A stretch of 64,000 nt of DNA from an uncultured delta proteobacterium (lineage in GTDB: Bacteria; Desulfobacterota; Desulfobaccia; Desulfobaccales; 0-14-0-80-60-11): assembly GCA_963797235.1 (NCBI GenBank), contig CAWCOX010000004.1:462400-526399 (forward strand). The letters are read 5' to 3'. Positions within the stretch are counted from its first letter, which is position 1, and every line of letters starts with the position of its first letter. This document shows positions 28,207 to 38,495 of this stretch, piece after piece. The position numbers and the translations under genes are program-made. Below the pieces are notes generated by a model. It saw only the letters and a program-made list of their open reading frames with translations. It was not told the origin of the DNA and did no database searches.

Positions 28207-28830
28207 TTGATCAAACTGGTTGCCTTTGACTGCGATGGCGTCTTGTTCGACTCCCGGCCGGCCAACATCGCCTTTTACAATGACATCCTGGCCCGCTTCG
28301 AGCAACCTCGGATGGACCTCGAAGCCGAGGATTTCGTCCATAGCCACACCGTCTGGGAATCGGTGGAACATATCTTTCAAGGGTATCCTGATCTAAACGC
28401 GGTTCGCGGTTATTGCCGCAATTTCGATTACAGCCCCTTCATTCCCATGATGGTGGAAGAACCGCACCTGCGGGAATTTCTGGAATTTTTGCGCCCCGCC
28501 TGCTTTACGGCCCTGGCCACCAACCGCGCCACCACCACCGACGCGGTGCTCAGCTATCATCGGCTGACGGACAGGTTTGATCTGGTGGTTTCGGCCTCGG
28601 ACGTCGCCTGTCCGAAGCCGCATCCGGAATCCTTTGAACGGATCCTGAGTCACTTCGGTCTGACGCCCCGGGAGACTATCTATATCGGGGACTCCGAGGT
28701 GGACCAAGCCTTTGCCGCTAATGCCGGGGTGCCCCTGGTGGCCTTCCGCAATCCCCGGCTGCAGGCGGCCTATTACCTTGATTCCTTCGCCGCCGGCCCG
28801 GATTTGCTCCGGCAACTCAACGGCTGTTAA
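28207..28830 (+). CDS. HAD-superfamily hydrolase (phosphoglycolate phosphatase-like)
   Basis: Motif I is [13 protein letters not shown] and the C-terminal motif is ..[17 protein letters not shown]... TTG start. A TTGACA-17-TAATCT promoter candidate lies near 28071-28099. Confidence 0.8.
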   Translation: MIKLVAFDCDGVLFDSRPANIAFYNDILARFEQPRMDLEAEDFVHSHTVWESVEHIFQGYPDLNAVRGYCRNFDYSPFIPMMVEEPHLREFLEFLRPACFTALATNRATTTDAVLSYHRLTDRFDLVVSASDVACPKPHPESFERILSHFGLTPRETIYIGDSEVDQAFAANAGVPLVAFRNPRLQAAYYLDSFAAGPDLLRQLNGC

Positions 28831-28853
28831 TCACACTGAAAGAGGAGCCTGCC

Positions 28854-29015
28854 ATGAAGAAATATCAATGTCAGATCTGTGGCTATATCTATGACCCCGA
28901 GCAAGGTGATCCGGATAACGGCGTCCCCGCCGGCACCCCTTTTGAAAAACTGCCCTCGGGGTGGGTCTGCCCCATCTGTGGCGCCCCCCAAGATCAATTT
29001 GTGCCGGTGGACTGA
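28854..29015 (+). CDS. Rubredoxin
   Basis: A 53-aa ORF absent from the >=60-aa track: [53 protein letters not shown]. It has two CxxCG knuckles and a GAGGAG RBS. Confidence 0.9.
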   Translation: MKKYQCQICGYIYDPEQGDPDNGVPAGTPFEKLPSGWVCPICGAPQDQFVPVD

Positions 29016-29059
29016 ACCGGCTCCCAGCCGGCGTCTGCCTGCCATAAAAATCGAGGAAC

Positions 29060-29800
29060 ATGAGCTCATCCGCCTTTAAAACCGGCAAGGCCGTATCCCA
29101 AGCCCGCCCCAAGAAATCCCTGGTCCGGGAGTACGCCGAGGCCCTGGCCATTGCCTTCGTTCTGGCCCTGGTCATCAAATTCTTTCTGTTCCAGGCCTTT
29201 TCCATCCCCTCGGGGTCCATGGAAAAGACCCTGCTGATCGGCGACTACCTGCTGGTAAACAAACTAAGCTACGGTGTCCGCAACCCCCTGGACAACAAGG
29301 TGCTGATCCCCCTCGGCCAACCGCAACGCGGTGATGTGGTGGTCTTCATCTTTCCCCAGGACCCCAGCAAGGACTACATCAAGCGGGTTATCGGCCTGCC
29401 CGGGGACACGGTCCAGATCGCCAATAAAAAGGTCTTGGTCAACGGCAAAGCGTATGAGACCCCCCAGGCCCATTACGAAGACACCCTGATCATCCCGGCT
29501 CCTCGAAACCCCATCGAATCCGCCCGGGATAATTTCGGCCCGGTGGTGGTCCCCCCCAGCAGCTATTTCGTTATGGGCGACAATCGGGACCGCAGCTATG
29601 ACAGCCGCTTCTGGGGCTTCGTGCCCATGGATAACTTCCGGGGCAAGGCCATGGTCATCTATTTCTCTTGGGCCGGTGACCATCACGACGGCTTCTTCCC
29701 GGCCTTAATGAGTGGACTGGGTGGACTGGTGCACAATTTCGCCTGGAATAGCCAACAGTTCCGGATACGCTGGGACCGCCTGGGTAGGGTGATCCATTAG
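29060..29800 (+). CDS. lepB: Signal peptidase I
   Basis: ..IPSGSMEKTLLIGDYLLVNK.., ..YIKRVIGLPGD.., ..GDNRDRSYDSRFWG... Confidence 0.9.
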   Translation: MSSSAFKTGKAVSQARPKKSLVREYAEALAIAFVLALVIKFFLFQAFSIPSGSMEKTLLIGDYLLVNKLSYGVRNPLDNKVLIPLGQPQRGDVVVFIFPQDPSKDYIKRVIGLPGDTVQIANKKVLVNGKAYETPQAHYEDTLIIPAPRNPIESARDNFGPVVVPPSSYFVMGDNRDRSYDSRFWGFVPMDNFRGKAMVIYFSWAGDHHDGFFPALMSGLGGLVHNFAWNSQQFRIRWDRLGRVIH

Positions 29801-29817
29801 AGGGACTGTTTTCCGTA

Positions 29818-30778
29818 ATGCGAAGCTTCCCGGCCCCAGCGATCACCCGCAGAAAACGGCAAATAGCCAAACGAAAATCTTTCATTTTCCTCACTCTGAC
29901 CCTGCTGGTCATCTGGGGCTGCGGCCCCGCCGCCTCCAATCCCATCGCCGTCTTCTGCTCCCCGGACTCGCCCCGGATGCAGCAGGCCATCGCCGCCCTG
30001 CGGGAAAATCTGCCGGACGCTCCCCTGGAAGTGGTCTGCGTCCCGGAATTCGGCGATGAACTCAAGGCCAGCCTGCGCCGCCTTCGGCAACTCAAACCCC
30101 GGCTGCTGGTGGTCCTGGGTACCCCGGCTTTTATCGCGGTGACCCCGGTGGAGAAACAGCTCCCGGTGGTCTTCGCCCTGGTGGCCGACCCTTATTTTAC
30201 CGGCGCCGCCTCTGAGTGCGGAAGACCACCAGGAGAATCTCACCGGTATCGCCTCGCCGGCGCCCCTGGAGGCGGCCCTGCAACAGGGCGCCGGCCTCCT
30301 GGGCCAGGCCTCCTGGGGGCTGTTGTATGATCCCAGCGACGGGATAGCTGCAGAACTGGCGGCCGAATTCACCCGAAAAGCCCCGCAGTTCGGGATCACT
30401 CCCCTGGTTGAGGCCAGCACCCGAGCGGCTTCTGACCCCCAGGCCTTGAAACGCCTCTTGGGCCGGGGTGCGAGGGTAATATACCTCCCGCCCGCGGCCA
30501 GCGCCGGGCGCTACGCTTCTCTGGTGCTGGACCGGGGCCGTCGGCTGCAGGTCATGGTGGTAAGCGGTTATCCCGAAGGTTCCCATCAAGGGGCGCTTTT
30601 ATGGGTGGCTTTGGACTACCGCCGCCTGGGCGAAGAGGCCGCCGCCCTGGCCCAACGGGTCCTGAAAGGCGAGGCCCCCAAACAGATTCCCATCGCCCAG
30701 GCGACTCCTTTAAAGGTAGAAGTGGATGAAAAGCTGCTGCGCCATTGGAGCGGCTATCCCGGAAAAAATTGGCAATGA
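29818..30778 (+). CDS. ABC-transporter substrate-binding lipoprotein (ABC_sub_bind/BMP-like), frame-disrupted
   Basis: Lipobox ..LLVIWGCG. The two ORFs 29818-30330 and 30323-30778 join as ..ADPYFTGAA/LSAEDHQENLTGIASP... The shift is near 30205-30212. Confidence 0.6.
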
Positions 30779-30790
30779 ATAAAACATTTT

Positions 30791-30876
30791 CACCACCAAA
30801 ATACCGAGGGCACCACGAAACACCAAGAAAATCATTGCCTTGGTGCGCCTTGGTGATCTTGGTGTCTTGGTGGTGA
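30791..30876. repeat. CACCAAG-heptamer hairpin element, copy 1
   Basis: The left arm is rich in CACCA(A/C)G units, and the right arm is CTTGGTGCGCCTTGGTGATCTTGGTGTCTTGGTGGTG. It lies immediately 3' of a stop codon. Confidence 0.75.
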
Positions 30877-30907
30877 AGCATTTATTTCGATTGGCTTGGA
30901 GGATTAC

Positions 30908-32236
30908 ATGACCACATCCCCGAAATTCGACCCGGCGGCCTGGCAGCCGGAGATCAGCATGGTGCAATACACCCTGGACAACGGCCTTACCCTCCTGGTC
31001 TTGCCCGACCGGAGCCTCCCCATCGTTTCCCTGCAGATTCATTACAAGGTGGGCTCCCGCCACGAGCTGCCCGGCATCACCGGCATCTCGCACCTCTTCG
31101 AGCATCTGATGTTCCGGGGCACCGAAACCCTGGGCCCCGAGGAGTTCTCCCGCATCCTCCAGGCCAAGGGCGGCGAAATCAATGCCTTTACCACCAAGGA
31201 TCACACCTCCTACTTCGAGAATCTGCCTTCCGAGCACCTGGAACTGGGCCTGGAGCTGGAGGCCGACCGCCTGCTGCACCTGAAACTGGACGACGACACC
31301 TTCTCGCCGGAACTCCAGGTGGTCATCAGCGAACGCAAACTCCGGAGCGTCGACAGCCCCCTGGGGCTGGTGCAGGAGCAGCTCTATGCCACCGCCTTTA
31401 CCCAACATCCCTATCAATGGCCGGTGATCGGCTGGGACCAGGACCTGCACCATCTCAGCCTGGCGGATTGCCTCACTTACTACCGCAGCCACTATCACCC
31501 GGGGAACATGACGGTGGTGATCGCCGGCGACGCCGAGCCCGAGCGGGCCCGGGACCTGGTGGACCGCTATTTCGGGGCCGTCCCCAACCCCGGCGTACCC
31601 AACGAACGGACCTTCACCGAGCCGCCCCAACGGGGCGAGCGCCGGGGCGTGGTCAAGAAGGTCTCCCAGGTGGAGGCCCTGCTGGCGGGCTACCACGCCG
31701 TGGGCATGGACCACCCGGACCTCTATCCCCTGAGCCTGCTGGCCATCATCCTCGCCGGCGCCAAGTCCTCCCGCTTCTACCAGGAATTCGTCCGCCCGGG
31801 CAAGGCCGCGGCCCTGGAAGTGGAGCTGGCCCCCCTGCCCTTCGCCTCCCAGGACCCGGACCTGCTGGTGGTGGCCGCGGTGGCCGCTCCCGGCCAACCC
31901 CTGGCGGCCTTGGAAAACGAGCTCTGGCAGGCCCTCGCACACTTGCGTCAAGACGGGGTTGAGACCCTGGAACTGGCCCGGGCCAAAAAATTGCTGCGGG
32001 CCCAGATGGTGAAGAGCCTGTCCCACAACTTCTTCCGGGGCCTGCTGGTGGGCCTGTTTCACTTGAAGACCGGCGACGCCGCCAAGGCCAACCAGATCCT
32101 GGCCGCCTACGAAGCGGTCACCGAAGCCGACATCCTGCGGGTCGCCCAGACGTACCTCAAGGACGACAACCGCACCGTGGTAACCTTGCAGCCGGTCTCT
32201 GGAGAAGAAAGCGCCGCCCTGGGACCATTGGCGTGA
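30908..32236 (+). CDS. M16 (pitrilysin) family zinc peptidase, catalytic subunit
   Basis: Inverted zinc motif HLFEHLMF (HxxEH). GGAGG RBS before ATG 30908. Confidence 0.85.
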   Translation: MTTSPKFDPAAWQPEISMVQYTLDNGLTLLVLPDRSLPIVSLQIHYKVGSRHELPGITGISHLFEHLMFRGTETLGPEEFSRILQAKGGEINAFTTKDHTSYFENLPSEHLELGLELEADRLLHLKLDDDTFSPELQVVISERKLRSVDSPLGLVQEQLYATAFTQHPYQWPVIGWDQDLHHLSLADCLTYYRSHYHPGNMTVVIAGDAEPERARDLVDRYFGAVPNPGVPNERTFTEPPQRGERRGVVKKVSQVEALLAGYHAVGMDHPDLYPLSLLAIILAGAKSSRFYQEFVRPGKAAALEVELAPLPFASQDPDLLVVAAVAAPGQPLAALENELWQALAHLRQDGVETLELARAKKLLRAQMVKSLSHNFFRGLLVGLFHLKTGDAAKANQILAAYEAVTEADILRVAQTYLKDDNRTVVTLQPVSGEESAALGPLA

Positions 32237-32316
32237 GCCTGGCCGTGCCCATCCACTGACCACCGATCACTGGCCACTAACTGCTTACTGCTCACTGCTC
32301 ACTGAAAGGAAACGAT

Positions 32317-33630
32317 ATGGCAGACTATATTCCCGAAATCCACCAGGCCACCCTGGCCAACGGCATGAACCTCCTGGGCGTGGAGTTCGGCCGGGTCCCA
32401 TGGCTGAGCCTCACCTTCATGGCCAAGCGGGGCTCCGAAACCGACCCTCCGGGCAAACCCGGGGTGGCCGATTGGGCCGCGGAACTCCTCACCCTGGCCA
32501 CCGCCTCCCGCAGCCAGTTGCAACTGGCCCAGGACATCGAGTCCCGGGGGGCGAGCCTCTCGGGCACCGCCGGCTACGACGCCACTCTCCTCTCCATCGA
32601 AGGTCTGGCGGAGGATTTCGGGGAGCACCTGGCCACCCTGGCGGAGATCGTCCAGACCCCGGCCTTCTCCGAGGACGAGTTCCACCTCATCCGGGAGCGC
32701 CGGCGGGCCGAACTGACCCACCAGTTGGAGGACCCCCGGGAGCTGGCCAGCCTGCGCTTCCTGCGTCTCTTTTTCGGGGAGGCGCCCTATGGCCACGCGG
32801 TGCAAGGCGACCTTAAGAGCCTGGACGCCCTCGGACTGCCGGATCTGCAAAACTTTTACCAGCGGGAGATCACCCCGGCGACCTCCACTTTGGTGGTGGT
32901 GGGGATGCTGGATTTTGCCACGGTGGTTCAGGAGGCGGAACGCCTCTTCGGTTCCTGGCAGGGCGTCGGTCCGGCCAGCCCGGCCTATACCGCGGCGCCG
33001 GATAAAACCGCCGCGCCCGGCATCTATCTCCTGGACCGCCCCGACCTGACCCAGAGCGAAATCCGGGTGGGCCACCTGGGTCTGCCCCGCTCCCACCCCG
33101 ATTACTTCCCTCTCAGGCTGGCGAACTACATCCTGGGCGAAGGCGGCTTCTCTTCCCGCCTCATGGCCCGCATCCGCTCGGATCTGGGCTTCACTTACGG
33201 CATCCGCAGCAATTTTTCCTTCCGCCGGGCCCCGGGTCCCTTCATCGTTTCTACCTTTACCCCGGCGGCCAACACCACGGCGGTGGTCAAAGAGATCAAG
33301 GCCGTCATCCAGGAAGTGCAGGAAAACGGCGTCACTGCCCAGGAACTGGCCGAGGCCCAGAGTTATTTCGTGGGCCATTTTCCCTTGGGGCTGGAGACCT
33401 CGCGGGGCATCGGCCGCCAGGTCCTGTCCATCGACCTTTACGACCTGGGCCGGGATTACCTGCAGGGCTATTGTGATAAAATTCGCAACATTACCCTGAA
33501 GAACGCGGCCCAGGCGGCCCGGGACCATCTCCGCCCCGACGCCCTGGTCACCCTGGTGCTGGGCCCGGCGGCCCAGTGCGCTGAGGCCCTGAAGGAATTG
33601 GGCCCGCTGCAAACCATCCACGAAATTTAG
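32317..33630 (+). CDS. M16 family peptidase-like protein lacking HxxEH (probable non-catalytic partner)
   Basis: 437 aa with M16 N- and C-domain architecture but no HxxEH motif. Paired with the upstream M16 gene. Confidence 0.75.
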   Translation: MADYIPEIHQATLANGMNLLGVEFGRVPWLSLTFMAKRGSETDPPGKPGVADWAAELLTLATASRSQLQLAQDIESRGASLSGTAGYDATLLSIEGLAEDFGEHLATLAEIVQTPAFSEDEFHLIRERRRAELTHQLEDPRELASLRFLRLFFGEAPYGHAVQGDLKSLDALGLPDLQNFYQREITPATSTLVVVGMLDFATVVQEAERLFGSWQGVGPASPAYTAAPDKTAAPGIYLLDRPDLTQSEIRVGHLGLPRSHPDYFPLRLANYILGEGGFSSRLMARIRSDLGFTYGIRSNFSFRRAPGPFIVSTFTPAANTTAVVKEIKAVIQEVQENGVTAQELAEAQSYFVGHFPLGLETSRGIGRQVLSIDLYDLGRDYLQGYCDKIRNITLKNAAQAARDHLRPDALVTLVLGPAAQCAEALKELGPLQTIHEI

Positions 33631-33740
33631 GCTACCAATTTTTTAGTTGACAAATGTCTTCCGATGTTATGAGATAGGAGTGATTTTGTGAAAAAAAGGA
33701 TAAGCCCTTTGGGGACCATTTTAAGAGGGAGGAAAGTTGC

Positions 33741-34982
33741 ATGTCCGATACCCCATTAATTGATCAACTTGAAAGCGGACCTTGGCCCAGTTTTGTCAAG
33801 GATCTGAAGCGGGCCGCCGCCAAAAAGGCTTCGGCTAAGGATTTGTTGCGGCAGTTGGATCGTTCCTATAAGGACAAGATCACCCACTGGAAGCACGGCG
33901 GTATCGTGGGCGTCCTGGGTTACGGCTCCGGCATCATCGGCCGTTACTCCGACCTGCCGAACGAATTCCCCGGCGTGGAACATTTCCATACCGTGCGCGT
34001 CAATCAGCCCTCCGGCTGGTTCTACACCACCCAGGCCCTGCGGGACCTGTGCGCCATCTGGGACGAGCATGGCTCCGGCGTGCTGAACGTGCACGGCTCC
34101 ACCGGCGACATGGTCTTCCTGGGCACCACCACCGATCAGTTGGAACCCTGCTTTGCGGCCCTGACCGCCAAGGGTTGGGACCTGGGCGGCTCCGGTTCCG
34201 CCATGCGGACCCCGAGCTGCTGCGTAGGCAAGGCCCGCTGCGAATACGCCTGCTACGACACCATGGACCTGTGCTACCAGGCCACCCAGAACTTCCAGTT
34301 CGATATGCACCGCCCGTCCTTTCCTTATAAGTACAAGATCAAATGCTCCGGCTGCCCGAATGACTGCGTGGCCGCGGTAGCCCGCGCCGATATGAGCGTC
34401 ATCGGCGTCTGGAAGGACGACATCCGCATCGACCAGTCTGCAGTGGCCGCCTATGCCGGCGGTGACCTGAAACCCCGGGCCGGCGGCACCCCTTATGCCA
34501 AGCTGGATGTTAAGGCCGACGTCACCGATCTCTGCCCGACCGCCTGCATGAGCTACGACGGCAAGAAGCTGACCATCGACAACAAGAACTGCAACCATTG
34601 CATGCACTGCATCAGCCTGATGCCCCAGGCCCTGCGGATCGGGACCGAGACCGGCGCCACCCTGCTCCAGGGCTCGCATGCTCCCATCCTGGAAGGCGCC
34701 CAGATGAGCTGGGTTATCGTGCCTTTCATGCCCATGGAAGCCCCCTTTGACGAATTCATGGAGCTGGTGGGTAACATCCATGAGTGGTGGTCGGAAAACG
34801 GCAAGAACCGGGAGCGCGTCGGCGAGTTGATGCTGCGCCTGGGCATGCGGAATTTCTTCCAGTCCGTGGGCCTGGAACCGCCCCCACAGACCATCCGGAC
34901 CCCCCGGGCCAATCCCTTCTTCTTCTGGCATAAAGAAGACTTCGAGGCCGAGGCTGCGGGCCGCAAGTACATCAAACTGTAA
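33741..34982 (+). CDS. dsrA: Dissimilatory sulfite reductase alpha subunit
   Basis: ..GPWPSFVKDLK.., ..THWKHGGIVGVLGYGSGIIGRYSD.., sirohaem/FeS cysteines (..CCVGKARCEYAC.., ..KCSGCPNDC..). Strong GGGAGGA RBS. Confidence 0.95.
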   Translation: MSDTPLIDQLESGPWPSFVKDLKRAAAKKASAKDLLRQLDRSYKDKITHWKHGGIVGVLGYGSGIIGRYSDLPNEFPGVEHFHTVRVNQPSGWFYTTQALRDLCAIWDEHGSGVLNVHGSTGDMVFLGTTTDQLEPCFAALTAKGWDLGGSGSAMRTPSCCVGKARCEYACYDTMDLCYQATQNFQFDMHRPSFPYKYKIKCSGCPNDCVAAVARADMSVIGVWKDDIRIDQSAVAAYAGGDLKPRAGGTPYAKLDVKADVTDLCPTACMSYDGKKLTIDNKNCNHCMHCISLMPQALRIGTETGATLLQGSHAPILEGAQMSWVIVPFMPMEAPFDEFMELVGNIHEWWSENGKNRERVGELMLRLGMRNFFQSVGLEPPPQTIRTPRANPFFFWHKEDFEAEAAGRKYIKL

Positions 34983-35046
34983 GGCTATCAACCATTCAAG
35001 TCGATTAACTGACTTAATGGCGATAATATGAGGAGGAATTAAGACA

Positions 35047-36117
35047 ATGGCTGATCGTATTACTGATATTGGACCTCCAAAGTTTGACAAATTCTTGCCG
35101 CCCGTCATCAAAGAGAACTACGGCAAGTGGAAATATCACGAGATCCTGGAACCCGGCGTGCTGGTGCACGTTGCCGAGTCCGGGGCCAAAATCTTCTCCG
35201 TCCGGGGCGGCTCGCCTCGGCTGGTATCCACTGACTTCGTCAAAGAGCTGTGCGACGTCGCCGACAAATTCTGCGACGGCTACCTGCGTTTCACCAGCCG
35301 GAACAACGTCGAGTTCCTGCTCACCGACCAGAGCAAGATCGCCGGCGTCAAGGCCGAATGCAAAAAGCTCGGCATTCCCATCGGCGCCACCGGCCACTCG
35401 GTGAGCAACATCGTCCATACCCAGGGCTGGGTCCACTGCCACACCCCGGCCATCGACGCCTCGGGCATCGTGAAAGCCGTGATGGACGACCTGTTCGAGT
35501 ATTTCGGCAGCCACAAGCTGCCGGCCCAGGTTAGGATCGCCCTGGCCTGCTGCCTCAACATGTGCGGCGCGGTGCATTGCTCCGACATCGCCATCCTGGG
35601 CATCCACCGCACCCCGCCCAAGGTGAACCACGAGCGGCTGCGCCATCTGTGCGAAATTCCCACCACGATCTCGGCTTGCCCCACCGGCGCCATCCGGCCC
35701 CATCCGGACAAGACCATCAAGAGCGTCGTGATCAACGAAGAGCGCTGCATGTACTGCGGCAACTGCTACACCATGTGCCCGGCCCTGCCGGTGTTCGATT
35801 CCGTCAAAGGCGGCGTGGCCCTGCTGGTGGGCGGCAAGGTCTCCAATTCAAAGACCCCGCCCATGTTCTCCAAGCTGGCGGTGCCTTATCTGCCCAACAA
35901 CCCGCCCCGGTGGCCGGAAGTGGTCCAGGCCATCCGCAAGATCCTCATCAAGTACGCCGAAGGCGCCAACAAGTGGGAGCGCGTCGGTGAGTGGGTCAAC
36001 CGGATCGGCTGGGAGAAATTCTTTGAAGTTTGCGAAATTCCCTTCACCTTCCAGCACATTGACGACTACCGTTGGGCTTATGACACCTACCGGACGTCGA
36101 TGCATTTTAAATTCTAA
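35047..36117 (+). CDS. dsrB: Dissimilatory sulfite reductase beta subunit
   Basis: ..[25 protein letters not shown].., ..[14 protein letters not shown].., ferredoxin-like insert (..CPTGAIRP.., ..[12 protein letters not shown]..). Confidence 0.95.
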   Translation: MADRITDIGPPKFDKFLPPVIKENYGKWKYHEILEPGVLVHVAESGAKIFSVRGGSPRLVSTDFVKELCDVADKFCDGYLRFTSRNNVEFLLTDQSKIAGVKAECKKLGIPIGATGHSVSNIVHTQGWVHCHTPAIDASGIVKAVMDDLFEYFGSHKLPAQVRIALACCLNMCGAVHCSDIAILGIHRTPPKVNHERLRHLCEIPTTISACPTGAIRPHPDKTIKSVVINEERCMYCGNCYTMCPALPVFDSVKGGVALLVGGKVSNSKTPPMFSKLAVPYLPNNPPRWPEVVQAIRKILIKYAEGANKWERVGEWVNRIGWEKFFEVCEIPFTFQHIDDYRWAYDTYRTSMHFKF

Positions 36118-36130
36118 GCAGGTGGAATAA

Positions 36131-36373
36131 ATGGCACTATCCAAAGAAGAGTTGGTGGAGTTCGTTTACCAGTTGGTGTTCAAGGCCCAGGGCAAGAAAC
36201 AGCTCAAGGCCATGGATCTCCAGAAGGCCGTAATGAAAGAGCATCCTGATCAGGACAAGACCATGGTCAAGTTCGCCATCAAGGAGCTCATCGACGGCGG
36301 CCGCTGCGTCTACACCTACTTCGGTGGAAGCTTCGTGGAGATTCCCCACGAAGAAGGCGCCGCAAAGCACTGA
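36131..36373 (+). CDS. dsrD: DsrD
   Basis: 80 aa in the position immediately after dsrB, with the typical ..KFAIKELIDGGRCVYTYFGGS.. region. Confidence 0.9.
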   Translation: MALSKEELVEFVYQLVFKAQGKKQLKAMDLQKAVMKEHPDQDKTMVKFAIKELIDGGRCVYTYFGGSFVEIPHEEGAAKH

Positions 36374-37833
36374 TGAAACAGCCCTGTCCCCGACTGCTGC
36401 TCGCAGCTCTCCGGGGTGGGGCTGGTAAGACCACCTTGACCTTGGGGCTTCTGGCCGCCTGGCGCGACCAGGGTCGTCGATTAGTGCCTTTTAAAAAAGG
36501 CCCCGACTACATCGACCCCGCCTGGCACGCCCTGGCTGCCGGATGCCCCAGCCACAATCTGGACCCCTTTCTTATGGAGGGGGACCAGATTATGGCCATG
36601 GTGGCCCGCCAGGCCGCCCAGGCAGACGCCCTGGTTATCGAAGGCAACCGCGGCCTGTACGACGGTCTGGATGCCCAGGGAACCTATAGCACCGGCGAGT
36701 TGGCCAAATTTCTGGCCACTCCCGTGGTGTTGGTGGTGGACTGCACCATGCGGACCCGCACCACCGCCGCCATGGTCCTGGGTTGCCAGCATTTCGACCC
36801 CGACGTCCCCATCCGGGGGGTGGTCCTCAATCAAATCGCCCGCCCCCGCCACGAAGACATCATCCGCCAGGCCATCGAACGCTACTGCGGCATTCCCGTC
36901 TTAGGGGCGATCCCGCGTCTCAAGTGCGCGGTCTTTCCGGAGCGCCACATGGGTTTGGTGCCGCCTCAGGAACACGTCACCGCCATCCGGGCCATCAACA
37001 CCGCCCGGGACCTGGCCCGCAAGTACCTGGATCTGGAGGGCCTCTGGCGGGTAGCCTGCCAGGCCCCTCCCCTGCCGGCCTGGCCGGAGAGGGTCCAGCC
37101 GGTTTCAGCGGCCGCGGCTCGGGTGACCATCGGCGTGATCCGGGACTCCGCCTTTCAATTCTACTATCCGGAAAACCTGGAGGCTCTGGAACAGCAGGGC
37201 GCCCGCCTGGTGGAAATCAGCGCCCTGGACGATGCCATGCTGCCGCCGGAGTTGAACGCCCTGTACATCGGCGGCGGCTTTCCCGAAACCCACGCCCAGG
37301 CCCTGGCTGAAAATCTGAGCTTCCGCCAATCCGTCAAGGCCGCGGCCGTGGCCGGCCTGCCCATTTATGCCGAATGCGGCGGCCTCATGTTTCTGGGCGA
37401 AACCATCCAGATCCGGGAAGAAAAATTCCCCATGGTGGGCCTCTTCCCCTACGACTTTGTCATGGGCAAGAAGCCCCAAGGCCACGGCTACACCGTGCTG
37501 GAAGTAGTCCAGGAGAACCCGTTTTTCCCCATCGGCGCCCGGCTCATGGGCCACGAGTTCCATTATTCTCAGATCGCGCCGGACCCCGCGGCCGACGCGG
37601 CCATGGCCTTTCGGGTTACCCGGGGCACCGGCATGGGTGGCCGGCGGGAAGGCCTGGTTTTTAATAACGTCCTGGCCACTTACACCCATTTGCACGCCAT
37701 GGGATCGGCCCAATGGGCCCCGGCCCTGGTGCAGCGGGCCCTGGAACATCAGCGCGACAATCTCCTCCTGGATGAGCTGCCCGGTGGTCCGGAAATGGCC
37801 TCCCGGGTGGGCCGTCTTCCCGAAACTCATTGA
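36373..37833 (+). CDS. dsrN: Cobyrinic acid a,c-diamide synthase homologue (DsrN, sirohaem amidase)
   Basis: ..LLLAALRGGAGKTTLTLGL.. P-loop plus a C-terminal glutamine amidotransferase domain (..IYAECGGLMFLG..). The TGATG start overlaps the dsrD stop. Confidence 0.85.
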   Translation: MKQPCPRLLLAALRGGAGKTTLTLGLLAAWRDQGRRLVPFKKGPDYIDPAWHALAAGCPSHNLDPFLMEGDQIMAMVARQAAQADALVIEGNRGLYDGLDAQGTYSTGELAKFLATPVVLVVDCTMRTRTTAAMVLGCQHFDPDVPIRGVVLNQIARPRHEDIIRQAIERYCGIPVLGAIPRLKCAVFPERHMGLVPPQEHVTAIRAINTARDLARKYLDLEGLWRVACQAPPLPAWPERVQPVSAAAARVTIGVIRDSAFQFYYPENLEALEQQGARLVEISALDDAMLPPELNALYIGGGFPETHAQALAENLSFRQSVKAAAVAGLPIYAECGGLMFLGETIQIREEKFPMVGLFPYDFVMGKKPQGHGYTVLEVVQENPFFPIGARLMGHEFHYSQIAPDPAADAAMAFRVTRGTGMGGRREGLVFNNVLATYTHLHAMGSAQWAPALVQRALEHQRDNLLLDELPGGPEMASRVGRLPETH

Positions 37834-37954
37834 GCTTATAAAGTTCGTCCATACGGCCACTTGACGCCGGCCGGCCGCTGGCATAAAATAGTCTTGAATA
37901 TAGCCATGGGGCCCCTTATCGGCCCATGATTTTAGGAGAAGGAGGAAGAGGTTA

Positions 37955-38143
37955 ATGGGTTTTCGTGTCGAAGTGGATACCGACAAATGCACCGGGGACG
38001 AAGAATGCGTCAACGTTTGTCCCGTGGGCGTCTTTGAGATGAAGAATGACAAGGCGAGTGTGGCGAATGAGGATGAGTGCCTGGGCTGCGAGAGCTGCAT
38101 CGAGGTCTGCCCGTCCGGCGCCATCACGGTTACCGAAACCTAA
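37955..38143 (+). CDS. Ferredoxin, 7Fe-type motif pattern
   Basis: 62 aa. The first cluster motif CTGDEECVNVCP has Asp in place of the second Cys. The second motif is CLGCESCIEVCP. Confidence 0.9.
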   Translation: MGFRVEVDTDKCTGDEECVNVCPVGVFEMKNDKASVANEDECLGCESCIEVCPSGAITVTET

Positions 38144-38165
38144 AAATTTTTTTGGCATTTCCAGA

Positions 38166-38197
38166 GCGGCGGCCCACTTCCTGGGCCGTCTTTTTTG
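38166..38197 (+). terminator. Rho-independent terminator
   Basis: GCGGCGGCCCA-CTTCC-TGGGCCGTC followed by TTTTTT. Confidence 0.75.
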
Positions 38198-38282
38198 TGG
38201 CCTGCAACGAGTTTTCGCCAGGTGCGTCTCGCGCACCTGGGTAATCAATAGCTGCGGCAATATCGTCAGGAGGAGAGGCTAA

Positions 38283-38471
38283 ATGGCTTGGCAGGTTGAA
38301 GTTGATGTGGACCAATGCACCGGCGACGAAGAATGCGTCAATGTCTGCCCCGCGGGCGTCTTGGAGATGGCTGGCGACAAAGCCAACCCGGCGAACGTCG
38401 ATGAATGTCTGGGCTGCGAGTCCTGCGTGGAGGTCTGCCCCTCGGCGGCCATCACGGTAACCGAGATGTAA
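38283..38471 (+). CDS. Ferredoxin paralogue (tandem duplicate)
   Basis: 62 aa, ~74% identical to the preceding ferredoxin, with the same Cys/Asp pattern. Confidence 0.9.
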   Translation: MAWQVEVDVDQCTGDEECVNVCPAGVLEMAGDKANPANVDECLGCESCVEVCPSAAITVTEM

Positions 38472-38495
38472 CTTCGGCAGCATTAAGAATATTTC

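Noticed and set aside
30710-35111. Very long ORFs antisense to the real genes. Examples: 30710-32263, 32299-33621 and 33756-35111 here; also 1514-2413, 3295-4272, 39765-41153, 41033-42196, 43522-44529 and 50399-51802.
   Set aside because: They lie exactly opposite well-supported genes (M16 peptidases, dsrA, secA, argJ, nrdJ and others). Their Gly/Arg/Pro/Ala-dominated composition is typical of the reverse frame of high-GC coding DNA, and no domain is recognisable.
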